Assembly: GCA_019873625.1 (NCBI GenBank)
Contig: JAIOAW010000006.1
Span: 13,252 to 77,251 of the forward strand
Origin: Chloroflexota bacterium
GTDB taxonomy: Bacteria; Chloroflexota; Anaerolineae; UBA1429
Length of the DNA stretch: 64,000 bases
Direction of reading: 5' to 3'
Below, piece by piece: positions 14,373 through 23,695 of this stretch (within the stretch, counting starts at the first letter, position 1; every line of letters begins with the position of its first letter). The position numbers and the translations under genes are program-made. Under the pieces are notes generated by a model. The model worked only from the letters and a program-made list of their open reading frames with translations. It searched no databases and was not told where the DNA came from.

Positions 14373-17087
14373 ATGGGCTTTAGAAGGATTGGGCGAAGAT
14401 TAGGAATCGGCCTTTTTGTAGGGATGCTTTTGATGATGATCTGCTTCCCGGTGGGGGCGGCCGCGCTGCAGGCGCCGTCGATCCGCTTTGCCGACGTCGG
14501 CACGGATGCGCAGCGAAGCGGCGTTTGGGCCATCGTCGAAAATGCGGGGCCAGCCCTTCTGCCCCAAGGCCTTGGGTGGCGGCTGTGGAGGATATTGCCC
14601 CAAGGCCAAAACCTTGCCTCCGAGGGGTCTTTGCCGGCCCTCGTGCCAGGGGAGACGAGCCGCCTGGAGGTGACGGGCCTGGCGCCCAGCATATACCGCT
14701 TTTACTTGATGCCGAAGGAAGAGTTCCTGCCGGAGGGGCTTTGGTCTGAGGAGATAATCCTTTCGCCAACCGTTACGCCAACGGCAGCCGCCGAGCCGAC
14801 GGCTACCGCGACGGTAACGCCTACGGCGGCTGCACCTACGCCAACGGTCGCAGAGGCGACTCCTTACCCGGTAGCCCTTTCGCCCGCGGTTACGCCCACG
14901 CCGCGTCTCCTCGCCCTGCCGCTTATCCTTCAGCCGGCGATGGGGGCCTCTCCCACGCCGACCCCCTTGCCGACGGTAGCCCCTATGGTGCCCACGCCCT
15001 CGCGCATCCTTCCGCCGCTGGCCTTCCTCGCGCCGGTGGAGCGAGAGGCTCTCAGCGAGAACGCTATACTGACGCTGGGCGACCTCTCGGGCGGCAAGGC
15101 GCTCACCTTGCAGGGGTATGTGCCTTCGGCTGCGGTGTATTACCTCTTGGAAGAGGGCGGGAGCGCCTCCGCCGGGCGGCTCACCATCCGTTTTCGCCAT
15201 TCGGCCACCCTTCGGCCCGATTCGACGCTGACCGTCAAGGTGAACCGCATCCCTGTGGCGAGCGTGCGCCTCACCCCAGAGAACGCCGAGGGCGGTGAGA
15301 TTGCCGTCGAAATCCCCCCTGCGGCCTTGACGGGCGATACGATTGAAATCGCCTTCGCCGGATTTTTGGGCACGACGGACGATATTTGCGCCCTTTTGGA
15401 TGATGAATCGGCCTGGGTAACCATCTTGCCCGATTCGGAATTCGCCTTCACGGTGAACCGTCCGCCCTTCCAGTCGAACTTGGGCCGGCTGCCTTACCCC
15501 TTTGTGCGCGAGCGCACGCCGCAGGAGCAGGCCGTGCTCGTGGTCTTGGCGGATGATCTCGACGCCGCCGATTGGGCCGCGGCCTTGCCCTTGGCCGGTT
15601 ACCTGGGCCGCGCCTCGGCCTGGAGAGACCTGCCCATCTATGCCGTGCGCGAGGGAGAGTTCAACGCGCGCCTCGCGGTGCAGTATGACCTCATCTTTGT
15701 GGGGCGAAGCGCCTCGTTGGGCCTTCTGAACCGCACGGGGGTCGCGCTCCCCTTAGGGCGCGCGGCCGATGGGGCTATCCTTGGGCCAGATGGAACCCCC
15801 CTTGCCCCGGATACGGGCGTCATTATGGAGGCCGCCTCGCCGTGGGATGCCCACCGTGGCTTGCTCGTCATCACGGGCGGTACGGCGGAGGCCCTGCGCC
15901 GGGCGGTGCACGCTCTGATTCAGCCGGCCTTCCCCAGCGAGGCCCGTGGTGAATACGCCCTCATCTTGCAGGGGGCGGCCGAGGAACCGACCGTCATCGC
16001 CTCGGGCCGGCTGACCCATACGCTGGAGAGCCTGGGGTATGATGACCTTGTGATGCAGGGGGTGGGCCGGCAAACGCGCGATGTAACCCTGATGCTCCCC
16101 TCGACGCTCAAGGTAGAATCGGCTCGGGTGAAGGTGCGCTTTAGCCATTCGCCCTTCTTGTGGCGAGGGGTTTCGTACCTCAACGTGTATGTGAACGATG
16201 TCCCCGTCAAGGGCGTTTACCTCGATGAACGCAACGAAGATCGCGGCGAGGTGACGTTCGATATCCGGGGCGATCAGTTCGTGCCGGGCCGGAACGTCCT
16301 CCGCTTCCTCTTTGACCTGCGCCTGCAAGATTGGGATTGCCGAGATACCGAGTGGGCGCGCGCCTGGGGCACCATCCACCGCGATACACTGCTCACGTTG
16401 GACCTCGCGCCGGGCGATGGCGCGTGGGATTTGGCCGGCTTCCCAGGGCCGTATACGGGCGGGGCCTTGTGGGTCTTGCCGGATCGGCCGTCTCCTGAGA
16501 CGATGGCCGGGACTTTTCTCCTCGTGGCGCAGTTAGGCCGCGAACTGGGCGAGGACGTCTTGCGCCACACGTTCGGTGTGGCCAGCCACGTGCCGCGCGC
16601 CGAACTCGAAAAGCAGAGTATCATCGCCGTGGGCCTGCCGGCCGATAACCCCATCGTCGCGGAGGTGGCAGCGCAGTTGCCCTTCCCGTTGGGGGGCGAC
16701 TCTTCCGGGGGCATCCAGGGTGCCAAACCGGTGGGCGCCGTGGAGCAGATCGCCTCGCCGTGGAATGCCCGCTACCGGCTGCTCGTCATCAGCGGGGTTG
16801 ATGACGAATTGGTGGGGCGTGCGGCCTATCTCCTGGCCGATGCTCGCCAGCGACCGCGCCTGCGCGGCGAGGCCGCGCTCGTGGATGCCGATGGCGTCGT
16901 AACGACCATCGCCCGCCAAACGCGGCCAACGCCCGTCCCCGGCCGGGCCGTCGGCACGCGCGCCACGCCTAATTGGGTGACGATCGCCGCCCTGGGGGCC
17001 TTGGCTGTGCTCGTGATCGTCATCGGCGTGGCCGTGGTGCGCCGGTTGGCCCAACGCGGCGCAGGGCGCAAGGGGCCAGCGGCCTAA
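14373..17087 (+). CDS. BcsB-like polysaccharide co-polymerase with extra N-terminal domain and P/T linker
   Basis: Signal peptide; two jelly-roll repeats (STLTVKVNRIPVASVRL, SYLNVYVNDVPVKGV) with Cys pair, LPYPF, two SPWxxxxxLLVI(T/S)G motifs, C-terminal TM anchor. Confidence 0.8.
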   Translation: MGFRRIGRRLGIGLFVGMLLMMICFPVGAAALQAPSIRFADVGTDAQRSGVWAIVENAGPALLPQGLGWRLWRILPQGQNLASEGSLPALVPGETSRLEVTGLAPSIYRFYLMPKEEFLPEGLWSEEIILSPTVTPTAAAEPTATATVTPTAAAPTPTVAEATPYPVALSPAVTPTPRLLALPLILQPAMGASPTPTPLPTVAPMVPTPSRILPPLAFLAPVEREALSENAILTLGDLSGGKALTLQGYVPSAAVYYLLEEGGSASAGRLTIRFRHSATLRPDSTLTVKVNRIPVASVRLTPENAEGGEIAVEIPPAALTGDTIEIAFAGFLGTTDDICALLDDESAWVTILPDSEFAFTVNRPPFQSNLGRLPYPFVRERTPQEQAVLVVLADDLDAADWAAALPLAGYLGRASAWRDLPIYAVREGEFNARLAVQYDLIFVGRSASLGLLNRTGVALPLGRAADGAILGPDGTPLAPDTGVIMEAASPWDAHRGLLVITGGTAEALRRAVHALIQPAFPSEARGEYALILQGAAEEPTVIASGRLTHTLESLGYDDLVMQGVGRQTRDVTLMLPSTLKVESARVKVRFSHSPFLWRGVSYLNVYVNDVPVKGVYLDERNEDRGEVTFDIRGDQFVPGRNVLRFLFDLRLQDWDCRDTEWARAWGTIHRDTLLTLDLAPGDGAWDLAGFPGPYTGGALWVLPDRPSPETMAGTFLLVAQLGRELGEDVLRHTFGVASHVPRAELEKQSIIAVGLPADNPIVAEVAAQLPFPLGGDSSGGIQGAKPVGAVEQIASPWNARYRLLVISGVDDELVGRAAYLLADARQRPRLRGEAALVDADGVVTTIARQTRPTPVPGRAVGTRATPNWVTIAALGALAVLVIVIGVAVVRRLAQRGAGRKGPAA

Positions 17088-17120
17088 TGGCGGAGGTCGG
17101 GCCTGAAAGACGAGGGAGAT

Positions 17121-19046
17121 ATGGCTGAGGAGGTCTCTTTCTCGGCGGCAGAGCGCACCAAGCCTCGTCCACGCTTTGGCGAGATCTTGCTTGCGGAGGG
17201 GTTGATTACCGAGGCGCAACTGCAAGAGGCGCTCGCCATCCAAGCGCGCACGGGGGCGCGGTTCGGCGCGGTGCTCGTGAGCCTGGGGCACATCAACAAA
17301 CTGGCCGTTGCCCAGGTACTGGCCAGGCAACTGGGGTTGCCCTTTCGGAATCTACTCCTCAACCCGCCCGAGGCGGAGGCCGTGCGCCTCATCCCGGAGG
17401 CTTTGGCGCGCGCGGCAGGCGCGGTGCCCACGGCCGTGGAGGCCGATGGCTCGGTGACGGTGGGGTTTGTGGACCCGCTCGATGAGGCCGCCCAGCGCAA
17501 GGTGGCGGAGGCTTTAAGGCGCCCCATCCGTCGAGAGGTGATCAGCGAGTACGACCTGCAATGGATCCTCGATCGGGTTTACCGCGAGGAGTACATCCAG
17601 CGGAGCGTGATGGAACTCTACTATCGGCGCCCCGATGAATCCGCCTACGTCACGTTCACCACGCCCCAGTTGGTCATCCTCTTGGCGTTGGGCCTTGCCG
17701 TGCTCGTCGGGGCCATCCTCAGGCCAACTTGGACGTTGGTTATCGTCAACATCCTCATCACGGCCATCTATTTCATCATCACCTCCTATCGGGCCTATCT
17801 GATGTATAAAGGCCTGCGCCTCAAGCCGCAGGAGGCCCTTTACCCCACCGAGCCGGTCGAGATTCCCGACCGGGACCTGCCTACCTACACCATCCTCGTG
17901 CCGCTCTTTCGGGAGCGCGAGGTTTTGCCCACCCTCCTCCAGGCCATCGCCAATTTGGATTACCCGCCCACCAAACTCGATGTGAAACTCCTCTTTGAGG
18001 AATCGGACCCCGAGACGCTCGCCGCTGCGAAGGCTTTGCGCCCGCCGGGGTACTTTCAGTTCGTGGTGGTGCCGAACGTCCCCCCGCAGACCAAGCCCAA
18101 GGCCTGCAACTATGGCCTCATCAGCGCGGTGGGGCAATATTGCGTCATTTATGATGCCGAGGATATCCCCGAGCGCGACCAACTGCGCAAGGCGGTGGCC
18201 GCCTTCCGCCAGGTGGACCCGGATGTGGTCTGCCTGCAAGCGCGGCTGAATTTCTATAACCGCGACCAGAATATCCTCACCCGTTGGTTCACGTCGGAAT
18301 ATTCGATGTGGTTCGACGTCTTTTTGCCGGGGCTGAACGCCACCCGGGCGCCCATCCCCTTGGGGGGCACCTCGAACCACTTTATCACCGAGCGCCTGCG
18401 CGAGTTGGGCGCGTGGGACCCCTTTAACGTGACCGAGGATGCGGACTTGGGCGTGCGCTTGCACCGCGCGGGCTACCGCACGGCTATGCTCGGCTCCACC
18501 ACCTATGAGCAGGCCGCCTCCACGACGTATGAGGAGGCCAACTCCCAACTGCGGAATTGGGTTCGCCAACGCTCGCGGTGGGTCAAGGGGTATATGCAGA
18601 CCTGGCTCGTGCATATGCGCTACCCCTGGCGCCTACTCAAAGACGTGGGGGTCAAGAATTTCTTGAGTTTTCACGTCACCGTGGGGGGCACCCCGTTCAC
18701 CCTGCTCGTGAACCCGTGGTATTGGCTCGTGTTCCTCCTCTGGATCCTCACGCGCTGGGACGTGATCTATGTCGCCTTCCCAGGGGTGCTTTATTACCTC
18801 TCGCTCATCTCGCTCGTCGTGGGGAATGCCTATTTCGTCTATTTCAATGCCGTGGCCGCCTATGCGCGGGGGTATCACAACCTCGTCTTATATGCCTTCC
18901 TTTCGCCGTTTTATTGGGTGTTGATGAGCATTGGGGCCTGGAAAGGCCTGTACCAGTTGCTTGTCAAACCCTACTATTGGGAAAAGACCATCCACGGCCT
19001 GGCCAAGACGGATGACCTCCCCCCTACAGCCCGGGTGCGGAGGTAG
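17121..19046 (+). CDS. Processive GT2 polysaccharide synthase with N-terminal MshEN c-di-GMP-binding domain
   Basis: RFGEILLAEGLITEAQLQEALAIQ-x5-RFGAVLVSLGHI; TKPKACN, YDAED, TEDADLG, QRSRW; TM helices; C-terminal WEKTIHG. Confidence 0.9.
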   Translation: MAEEVSFSAAERTKPRPRFGEILLAEGLITEAQLQEALAIQARTGARFGAVLVSLGHINKLAVAQVLARQLGLPFRNLLLNPPEAEAVRLIPEALARAAGAVPTAVEADGSVTVGFVDPLDEAAQRKVAEALRRPIRREVISEYDLQWILDRVYREEYIQRSVMELYYRRPDESAYVTFTTPQLVILLALGLAVLVGAILRPTWTLVIVNILITAIYFIITSYRAYLMYKGLRLKPQEALYPTEPVEIPDRDLPTYTILVPLFREREVLPTLLQAIANLDYPPTKLDVKLLFEESDPETLAAAKALRPPGYFQFVVVPNVPPQTKPKACNYGLISAVGQYCVIYDAEDIPERDQLRKAVAAFRQVDPDVVCLQARLNFYNRDQNILTRWFTSEYSMWFDVFLPGLNATRAPIPLGGTSNHFITERLRELGAWDPFNVTEDADLGVRLHRAGYRTAMLGSTTYEQAASTTYEEANSQLRNWVRQRSRWVKGYMQTWLVHMRYPWRLLKDVGVKNFLSFHVTVGGTPFTLLVNPWYWLVFLLWILTRWDVIYVAFPGVLYYLSLISLVVGNAYFVYFNAVAAYARGYHNLVLYAFLSPFYWVLMSIGAWKGLYQLLVKPYYWEKTIHGLAKTDDLPPTARVRR

Positions 19047-19052
19047 CGTGAG

Positions 19053-20651
19053 ATGACTCGTCGGCATTGGGATTGGGAAGCCACCGTCGTTTACGGCGTT
19101 TGTCTCGCGCTCAACCTGATGGGGGTGTGGTATGTGGTCTTTCACATCCGCCTCTTTCAGATTGACGCGATAGCCCGCACCCTGAACGCCTGGATGGTCT
19201 TTTTCAGTACCGAACCGAAACTCTCGAATATGGGGTTCGTCTGGCTGCCTCTGCCCACGCTTTTGCAATTGCCCCTCATCCTCATCCCCCCTCTGCGAAC
19301 CTATGGTTTGGCGGGGAATGTGTTGACGGCCCTTGTGGGCGCGGGTGCGGCCACCATCCTTTACGCCCTGATGCGCCATTATGGCTTCCCCCGCTGGCAA
19401 AGGATCCTTTGGCTTGGGGTTTGGGTGCTGAACCCGATGGTCTGGCTCTATTCGGCCAACGCGATGAGCGAGATCATCGCCATCTTTTGCCTCTTATTGG
19501 GTTGGTACCATTGGGATCGTTGGGTGAGCACCGAAGACACCTTCAACCTGGTGGGGATGAGCCTGGCTATGGCGATGTGGTTCCTCACCCGCTACGAGAG
19601 CCTGCTTTTTGCGGGGGCGCTGCTCGTGCTCATCGCCCTGCACCTATGGCGCAAGGGGGCGCCGTGGGGGCAAGTTTGGTCTTCGGCGCTCCTGTATGGG
19701 GTGCCCGTGGCGGGCACGGTCGCCCTCTGGCTCGTGGTGAACTGGGCCATTATGGGCCACCCGCTCTATTTCGCCATGGGGTCATATAGCCCCGGCACCG
19801 AGGCGCCTCTCCTCGTGGCCGGGGACCCCGCGCTTGTGCCCCTGCGTTCCAATGTGCTCGCCGTAATTCGGACCATTATGGTGCGCTCGTGGAAACTTTA
19901 TCCCGGCGCGGGTTTGGGGGCGGCCTTTCTCATCATCGTGGCCGTCTGGCGGCGGTCTTGGGCGTTGGCGGGCTATCTCCTCTTCCCCTTGGCCTTTTTG
20001 GCGAGCGCCGTGTACAACGATCTGTTTGGCTTCCCCTTGCTCTCGCTGCGCTATTTCATCTTGGTCATCCCCCTAGGGGCGCTTTTGTGGGTGGAGGGCG
20101 TGCGCGGCCTCAAACCTCGGAATACCTGGGCGGCGCTTTTAGGGGCGGCCGTTTTGGCGGGGTCCATCCCTTTCACGGCGCAGGCTATGCTGGAATCTCA
20201 AAAGGGGATTGAGGAAAACTATGCCATAAATGCCCTCTTGGGCAGGCCCGTGCCCGACTTGTGGGCGAACGACCGTTTGATGGCCCGATATATCCTCGAA
20301 CACGCCGGCTACCGCGAGGTGCTCGCCGACCCACGTGAGGGGTCGAACGTCATCTTTTTCGCCGGCCGGCTGGATCGCTTCGTCCTCCCTGCCGATAGCG
20401 ATTTCAAGCGCATCCTCCAGGCCCCATATGGCCAGGTGCGCTACATCCTCGCCATCGAAAAAAACCCCGAACTCCTGCTCGACCAGATCGCCGAGACCTA
20501 CCCCGAACTATCCTATCAGGATGACGTCGGCTGGGCTAGGCTCGTCTTACGGGCCTATCCCTTCCGCCTGTATGAGGTCTTGGGCGACCCTTACCGCCTG
20601 CCGGAGACCCCGCCCAGCCAACTGCTCAAGCCTTCGGCGCCTGGGGGGTGA
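19053..20651 (+). CDS. Polytopic GT-C/PMT-like membrane glycosyltransferase
   Basis: DAIAR, GFVWLPLP, LNP..SANAMSE, LTRYE, many TM helices, soluble C-terminus; 6 nt after the GT2 stop. Confidence 0.7.
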   Translation: MTRRHWDWEATVVYGVCLALNLMGVWYVVFHIRLFQIDAIARTLNAWMVFFSTEPKLSNMGFVWLPLPTLLQLPLILIPPLRTYGLAGNVLTALVGAGAATILYALMRHYGFPRWQRILWLGVWVLNPMVWLYSANAMSEIIAIFCLLLGWYHWDRWVSTEDTFNLVGMSLAMAMWFLTRYESLLFAGALLVLIALHLWRKGAPWGQVWSSALLYGVPVAGTVALWLVVNWAIMGHPLYFAMGSYSPGTEAPLLVAGDPALVPLRSNVLAVIRTIMVRSWKLYPGAGLGAAFLIIVAVWRRSWALAGYLLFPLAFLASAVYNDLFGFPLLSLRYFILVIPLGALLWVEGVRGLKPRNTWAALLGAAVLAGSIPFTAQAMLESQKGIEENYAINALLGRPVPDLWANDRLMARYILEHAGYREVLADPREGSNVIFFAGRLDRFVLPADSDFKRILQAPYGQVRYILAIEKNPELLLDQIAETYPELSYQDDVGWARLVLRAYPFRLYEVLGDPYRLPETPPSQLLKPSAPGG

Positions 20652-21396
20652 GGGCAGGCTCTTGGGCGGGGCTGTAAAAAGGCGTCTCTAAGCCATGCCG
20701 CTCGAGGAGGGCGGCATCCTGCAAGAGGTGGGAGGTGGGGCCATCGGCCACCAGGCGCCCGCCGTCGAGGATGAGGGTGCGGGGGCACAATTCCCACACC
20801 AGGCGCATATCGTGCGTAGCCACGAGCATCGTCCGCGGCAGGCCCCTAAGGAGCGCGATGAGTTCCCGCCGAGCGCGGGGGTCAAGGCCGGCCGTCGGTT
20901 CATCCAAGGCCAAAATGGGCGGTTCCATAGCGAGGATTGTCGCGAGGGCCGCCCGTTTGCGTTCGCCCAAACTCAAATGGTGCGGCATCCGCGCCTCAAA
21001 TCCTTCCAACCCTACGAAAGCCAGGGCCTCGTACACCCGGCGCGCGACCTCCTCGGCGTTCAGGCCCGCGTATAAAGGGCCGTAGGCCACATCGTCGAAC
21101 ACGGTGAGCGAAAAGAGTTGATCATCCGGGTTTTGGAAGAGGAGGCCCACCTGGGCGCGGATGGCGCGCAGCGTAGCCCGCGAAACCTCTTGCCCCGCGA
21201 TGAGGATGCGGCCTCTCCTCCCCTCGGTGAGGATGCCATTCAGCAAAAGGAGGAGGGTGGATTTCCCCGCGCCGTTCGGCCCCACGAGGGCGACTTTTTC
21301 CCCCGCCTCGACGGTAAAATGGATGCCCTCCAGGGCCTGGCGGCCATCGGGGTAGGCAAAGGATAGGTTTTCGACCACGATATAGGGTTGAGCCAA
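20626..21396 (-). CDS. cbiO: ECF transporter ATPase (CbiO/NikO)
   Basis: GPNGAGKST, FQNPDDQLF, LSLGERKR, LDEPT, ATHD; TTG start behind GAGGAG. Confidence 0.9.
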   Translation of the reverse strand: MAQPYIVVENLSFAYPDGRQALEGIHFTVEAGEKVALVGPNGAGKSTLLLLLNGILTEGRRGRILIAGQEVSRATLRAIRAQVGLLFQNPDDQLFSLTVFDDVAYGPLYAGLNAEEVARRVYEALAFVGLEGFEARMPHHLSLGERKRAALATILAMEPPILALDEPTAGLDPRARRELIALLRGLPRTMLVATHDMRLVWELCPRTLILDGGRLVADGPTSHLLQDAALLERHGLETPFYSPAQEPALTPQAPKA

Positions 21397-21407
21397 GGGG
21401 TGCTCCT

Positions 21408-22190
21408 CTAAAAAAGGATTCGCAGCGCAGCGGCCAGCGAGAGCATAGCGCCCCACAGGAGGGCGGCTTGGGTATCGGCTTTGCTCCAAGTGAAGCGGCC
21501 CAGCGCGCGCAGCCGGCCATCATAGCCGCGAGCGGTCATCGCCGCATAGATACGTTCGGCGCGCTCCAGGCTGCGCACCCACAGCGAGCCAACCATCCCG
21601 CCGAGGACGCGCGCCCGCCAGAGGATATTTCTCCCTGGCCCGACGGAACGCGCCTCGCGCGCGGCCTGCAAGCGCAGGGCCTCCTCTCCCAGAACAAAGA
21701 GGTAGCGGAGCATCAGGCCGATGGTGGAAGAGAGGAGGGTCGGCATCCCCAAGGCGTCCAGCGCCTGCTGGAGGGCCGGCAGAGGGGTCGAGGCCACCAG
21801 GAGGACGCTCATCCAAATGGAAAGCCACCCTTTGGCGAGGATCGTCCCCAGCGCCTCCAGCCCCTCGCGCGTAACCTGGAGGGTGATCGGCCCCCAGTGC
21901 GCGGCCCAAAGGGTGTGCCCGGCCCGCACAAAGGGCACCGAAAGGGCGGCCAGGGCGATGAAGGGCATCGCCGGGGCAACCCTCGCCCAAAGGAGGCGAA
22001 AGGGCAAGCGGGCTGCGCCGTGCACGGCGCCCGCTACCAGGGCCAATAAGCCAAGGGACTTCCAGGCGGGCGCGGGCAGCGCCGCGGTGAGCGCGATAAA
22101 GGCGACGGTGCCGATCACTTTGAGGCGAGGGTCAAGCCGGTGAAGCGGGCTTGACCCTCGCACATACGGCTCGCGGATGGCGAACGTCAT
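21408..22190 (-). CDS. cbiQ: ECF transporter T component (CbiQ/NikQ)
   Basis: SPLHRLDPRLK, LRYLFVL, AREARS, RAERIYAAMTARG. Confidence 0.9.
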   Translation of the reverse strand: MTFAIREPYVRGSSPLHRLDPRLKVIGTVAFIALTAALPAPAWKSLGLLALVAGAVHGAARLPFRLLWARVAPAMPFIALAALSVPFVRAGHTLWAAHWGPITLQVTREGLEALGTILAKGWLSIWMSVLLVASTPLPALQQALDALGMPTLLSSTIGLMLRYLFVLGEEALRLQAAREARSVGPGRNILWRARVLGGMVGSLWVRSLERAERIYAAMTARGYDGRLRALGRFTWSKADTQAALLWGAMLSLAAALRILF

Positions 22191-22492
22191 ACGCGTTTCT
22201 GAGCGCCCTCCCGGCGCCGCAAGGCCGCCGCCAGCCCCCAGGTGATGCCAAAGACGAGGAGCGTGCCCACGATTCCGGCGAGGATGGTGGCCGCGGCTTC
22301 GTTGGAGATGCCGGGGAAGACGTAATCGGCAATGAGATGATAAGGGGCATCCAGAGCGCGTTGGATAAAGCCCTGATCCTCCGCCACGCGCTCTAGGCCG
22401 TCAGGATGGGGCGAGGCCAAGGGCGAAAGGAGGGCGACGATCAGCGCAAGGCATAACCCAGCGATCCATATGCGGCGCGAAGGGGCCTTCAT
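22187..22492 (-). CDS. PDGLE-domain protein (NikN-like)
   Basis: ASPHPDGLERVA, ADY, two TM helices; coupled to both neighbours by 4-nt overlaps. Confidence 0.88.
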   Translation of the reverse strand: MKAPSRRIWIAGLCLALIVALLSPLASPHPDGLERVAEDQGFIQRALDAPYHLIADYVFPGISNEAAATILAGIVGTLLVFGITWGLAAALRRREGAQKRV

Positions 22493-23148
22493 AGAGCACC
22501 TCCCACATCGGATGTGCGCCGGCGCAGGAGCAAATCTGGCCGGACGGCGCGCACCAGGGCCAACGTGGCCAGGGTGATGATCCCCTCGCCGATGCCGATG
22601 AGGGCATGCACGCCCCCCATCGCGGGCAGCACCACCCGCCACGGCGAGGCGCCCGATAGGGCGAGTTCCACAGAGGCCATCAACGAGGCGACGAACACCG
22701 AGGTCCACGCGGCGAGGAAGGCGGCCAACGCTTGGCCCCACGTCTTTTGCCCCCACAGGCGCGCCAAAGCCCGATAGACGGCCCAAGCCACGAGGACGCC
22801 CACGACAGCCATATTCCAGATGTTCGCGCCCAGGGCGAGCAAACCCCCATCCTGAAAGACGAGCGCTTGCACCGCCAAGACGCTCGTCAGGGCGAGCATC
22901 GCCGCCCATGGGCCGAGAAGGATGGCGGCCAACGCCCCGCCGAGCAAATGCCCCGATGTGCCGCCGGCCACGGTAAAGTTCATCATCTGCGCGGCAAAGA
23001 TGAAGGCAGCCGTCACGCCCATCAAGGGCACCTGGCGCTCATCCAGTTCGCGCCGCAGGCGATGAACCCCGTATCCTACGCTGCCGCTGGAGGCGACCCA
23101 CGTGGCGGCAAGGGTCGCCGGGTTGAGAAACCCATCCGGAATGTGCAT
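22489..23148 (-). CDS. nikM: ECF S component of the CbiM/NikM family, NikM-type N-terminus
   Basis: MHIPDGFL, GTSGHLLGG, DGGLLALGAN, HALIGIGEG. Confidence 0.88.
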   Translation of the reverse strand: MHIPDGFLNPATLAATWVASSGSVGYGVHRLRRELDERQVPLMGVTAAFIFAAQMMNFTVAGGTSGHLLGGALAAILLGPWAAMLALTSVLAVQALVFQDGGLLALGANIWNMAVVGVLVAWAVYRALARLWGQKTWGQALAAFLAAWTSVFVASLMASVELALSGASPWRVVLPAMGGVHALIGIGEGIITLATLALVRAVRPDLLLRRRTSDVGGAL

Positions 23149-23178
23149 AGAGGCCTCCTTTTCTTTGTTTTCGCGGTC

Positions 23179-23622
23179 TCATCGCGCACTGGGCGATGAA
23201 CCGCGGCAGTTTTCGCAAAGGCCGTAGAGGGTTACGTCATCCAAGTCCGCCTCAAAGCCGTAGCGGGCGCGCAGGGCTTGGAGGAGCGGCTCCACCTCGT
23301 GAATGGGCACGCCGACGATGCGCCCGCACCCTTGGCAAACCAGGTGCACGTGTGGCTCTTGCAGGGCCGTGAGCGCGAAACGCGCTTGGCCATCCCCTGC
23401 ATCCACCGAGGCCACGAACCCCATATGGTGCAAGAGATCGAGCGTGCGGTAAATGGTGGAGATATCCACCGAGGCCGAAAGGCGCCGCACGCGTTCGTAA
23501 ATCTCCTCGGCCGTCTCAAACCCTTTGGCCTCATGCAAGGCCGAAAGCACCATCTCCCGCTGGGGGGTAAGGCGCAGGCCCCGCTGGTGCAACTCGCGGA
23601 TAAAGATCTTTTCGCACGCCAT
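23179..23622 (-). CDS. Fur-family metalloregulator
   Basis: GLRLTPQR, STIYRTLDLL, HVHLVCQGCG, GLCENC; AAGGAG SD. Confidence 0.93.
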   Translation of the reverse strand: MACEKIFIRELHQRGLRLTPQREMVLSALHEAKGFETAEEIYERVRRLSASVDISTIYRTLDLLHHMGFVASVDAGDGQARFALTALQEPHVHLVCQGCGRIVGVPIHEVEPLLQALRARYGFEADLDDVTLYGLCENCRGSSPSAR

Positions 23623-23640
23623 TGTTGCGGCTCCTTTTTG

Positions 23641-23656
23641 TTGCAACTGGTTGCAA
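23641..23656. promoter_or_regulatory. Palindromic operator upstream of the fur-ECF operon
   Basis: TTGCAAC-TG-GTTGCAA immediately upstream of the fur SD. Confidence 0.6.
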
Positions 23657-23695
23657 GATACCACATCTGCCCCGATGATGCAAAAAGGGCTTCGC

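Noticed and set aside
23149..23695. Cobalamin riboswitch for the ECF operon
   Set aside because: Intergenic gaps are 30 and 73 nt, with no B12-box sequence.
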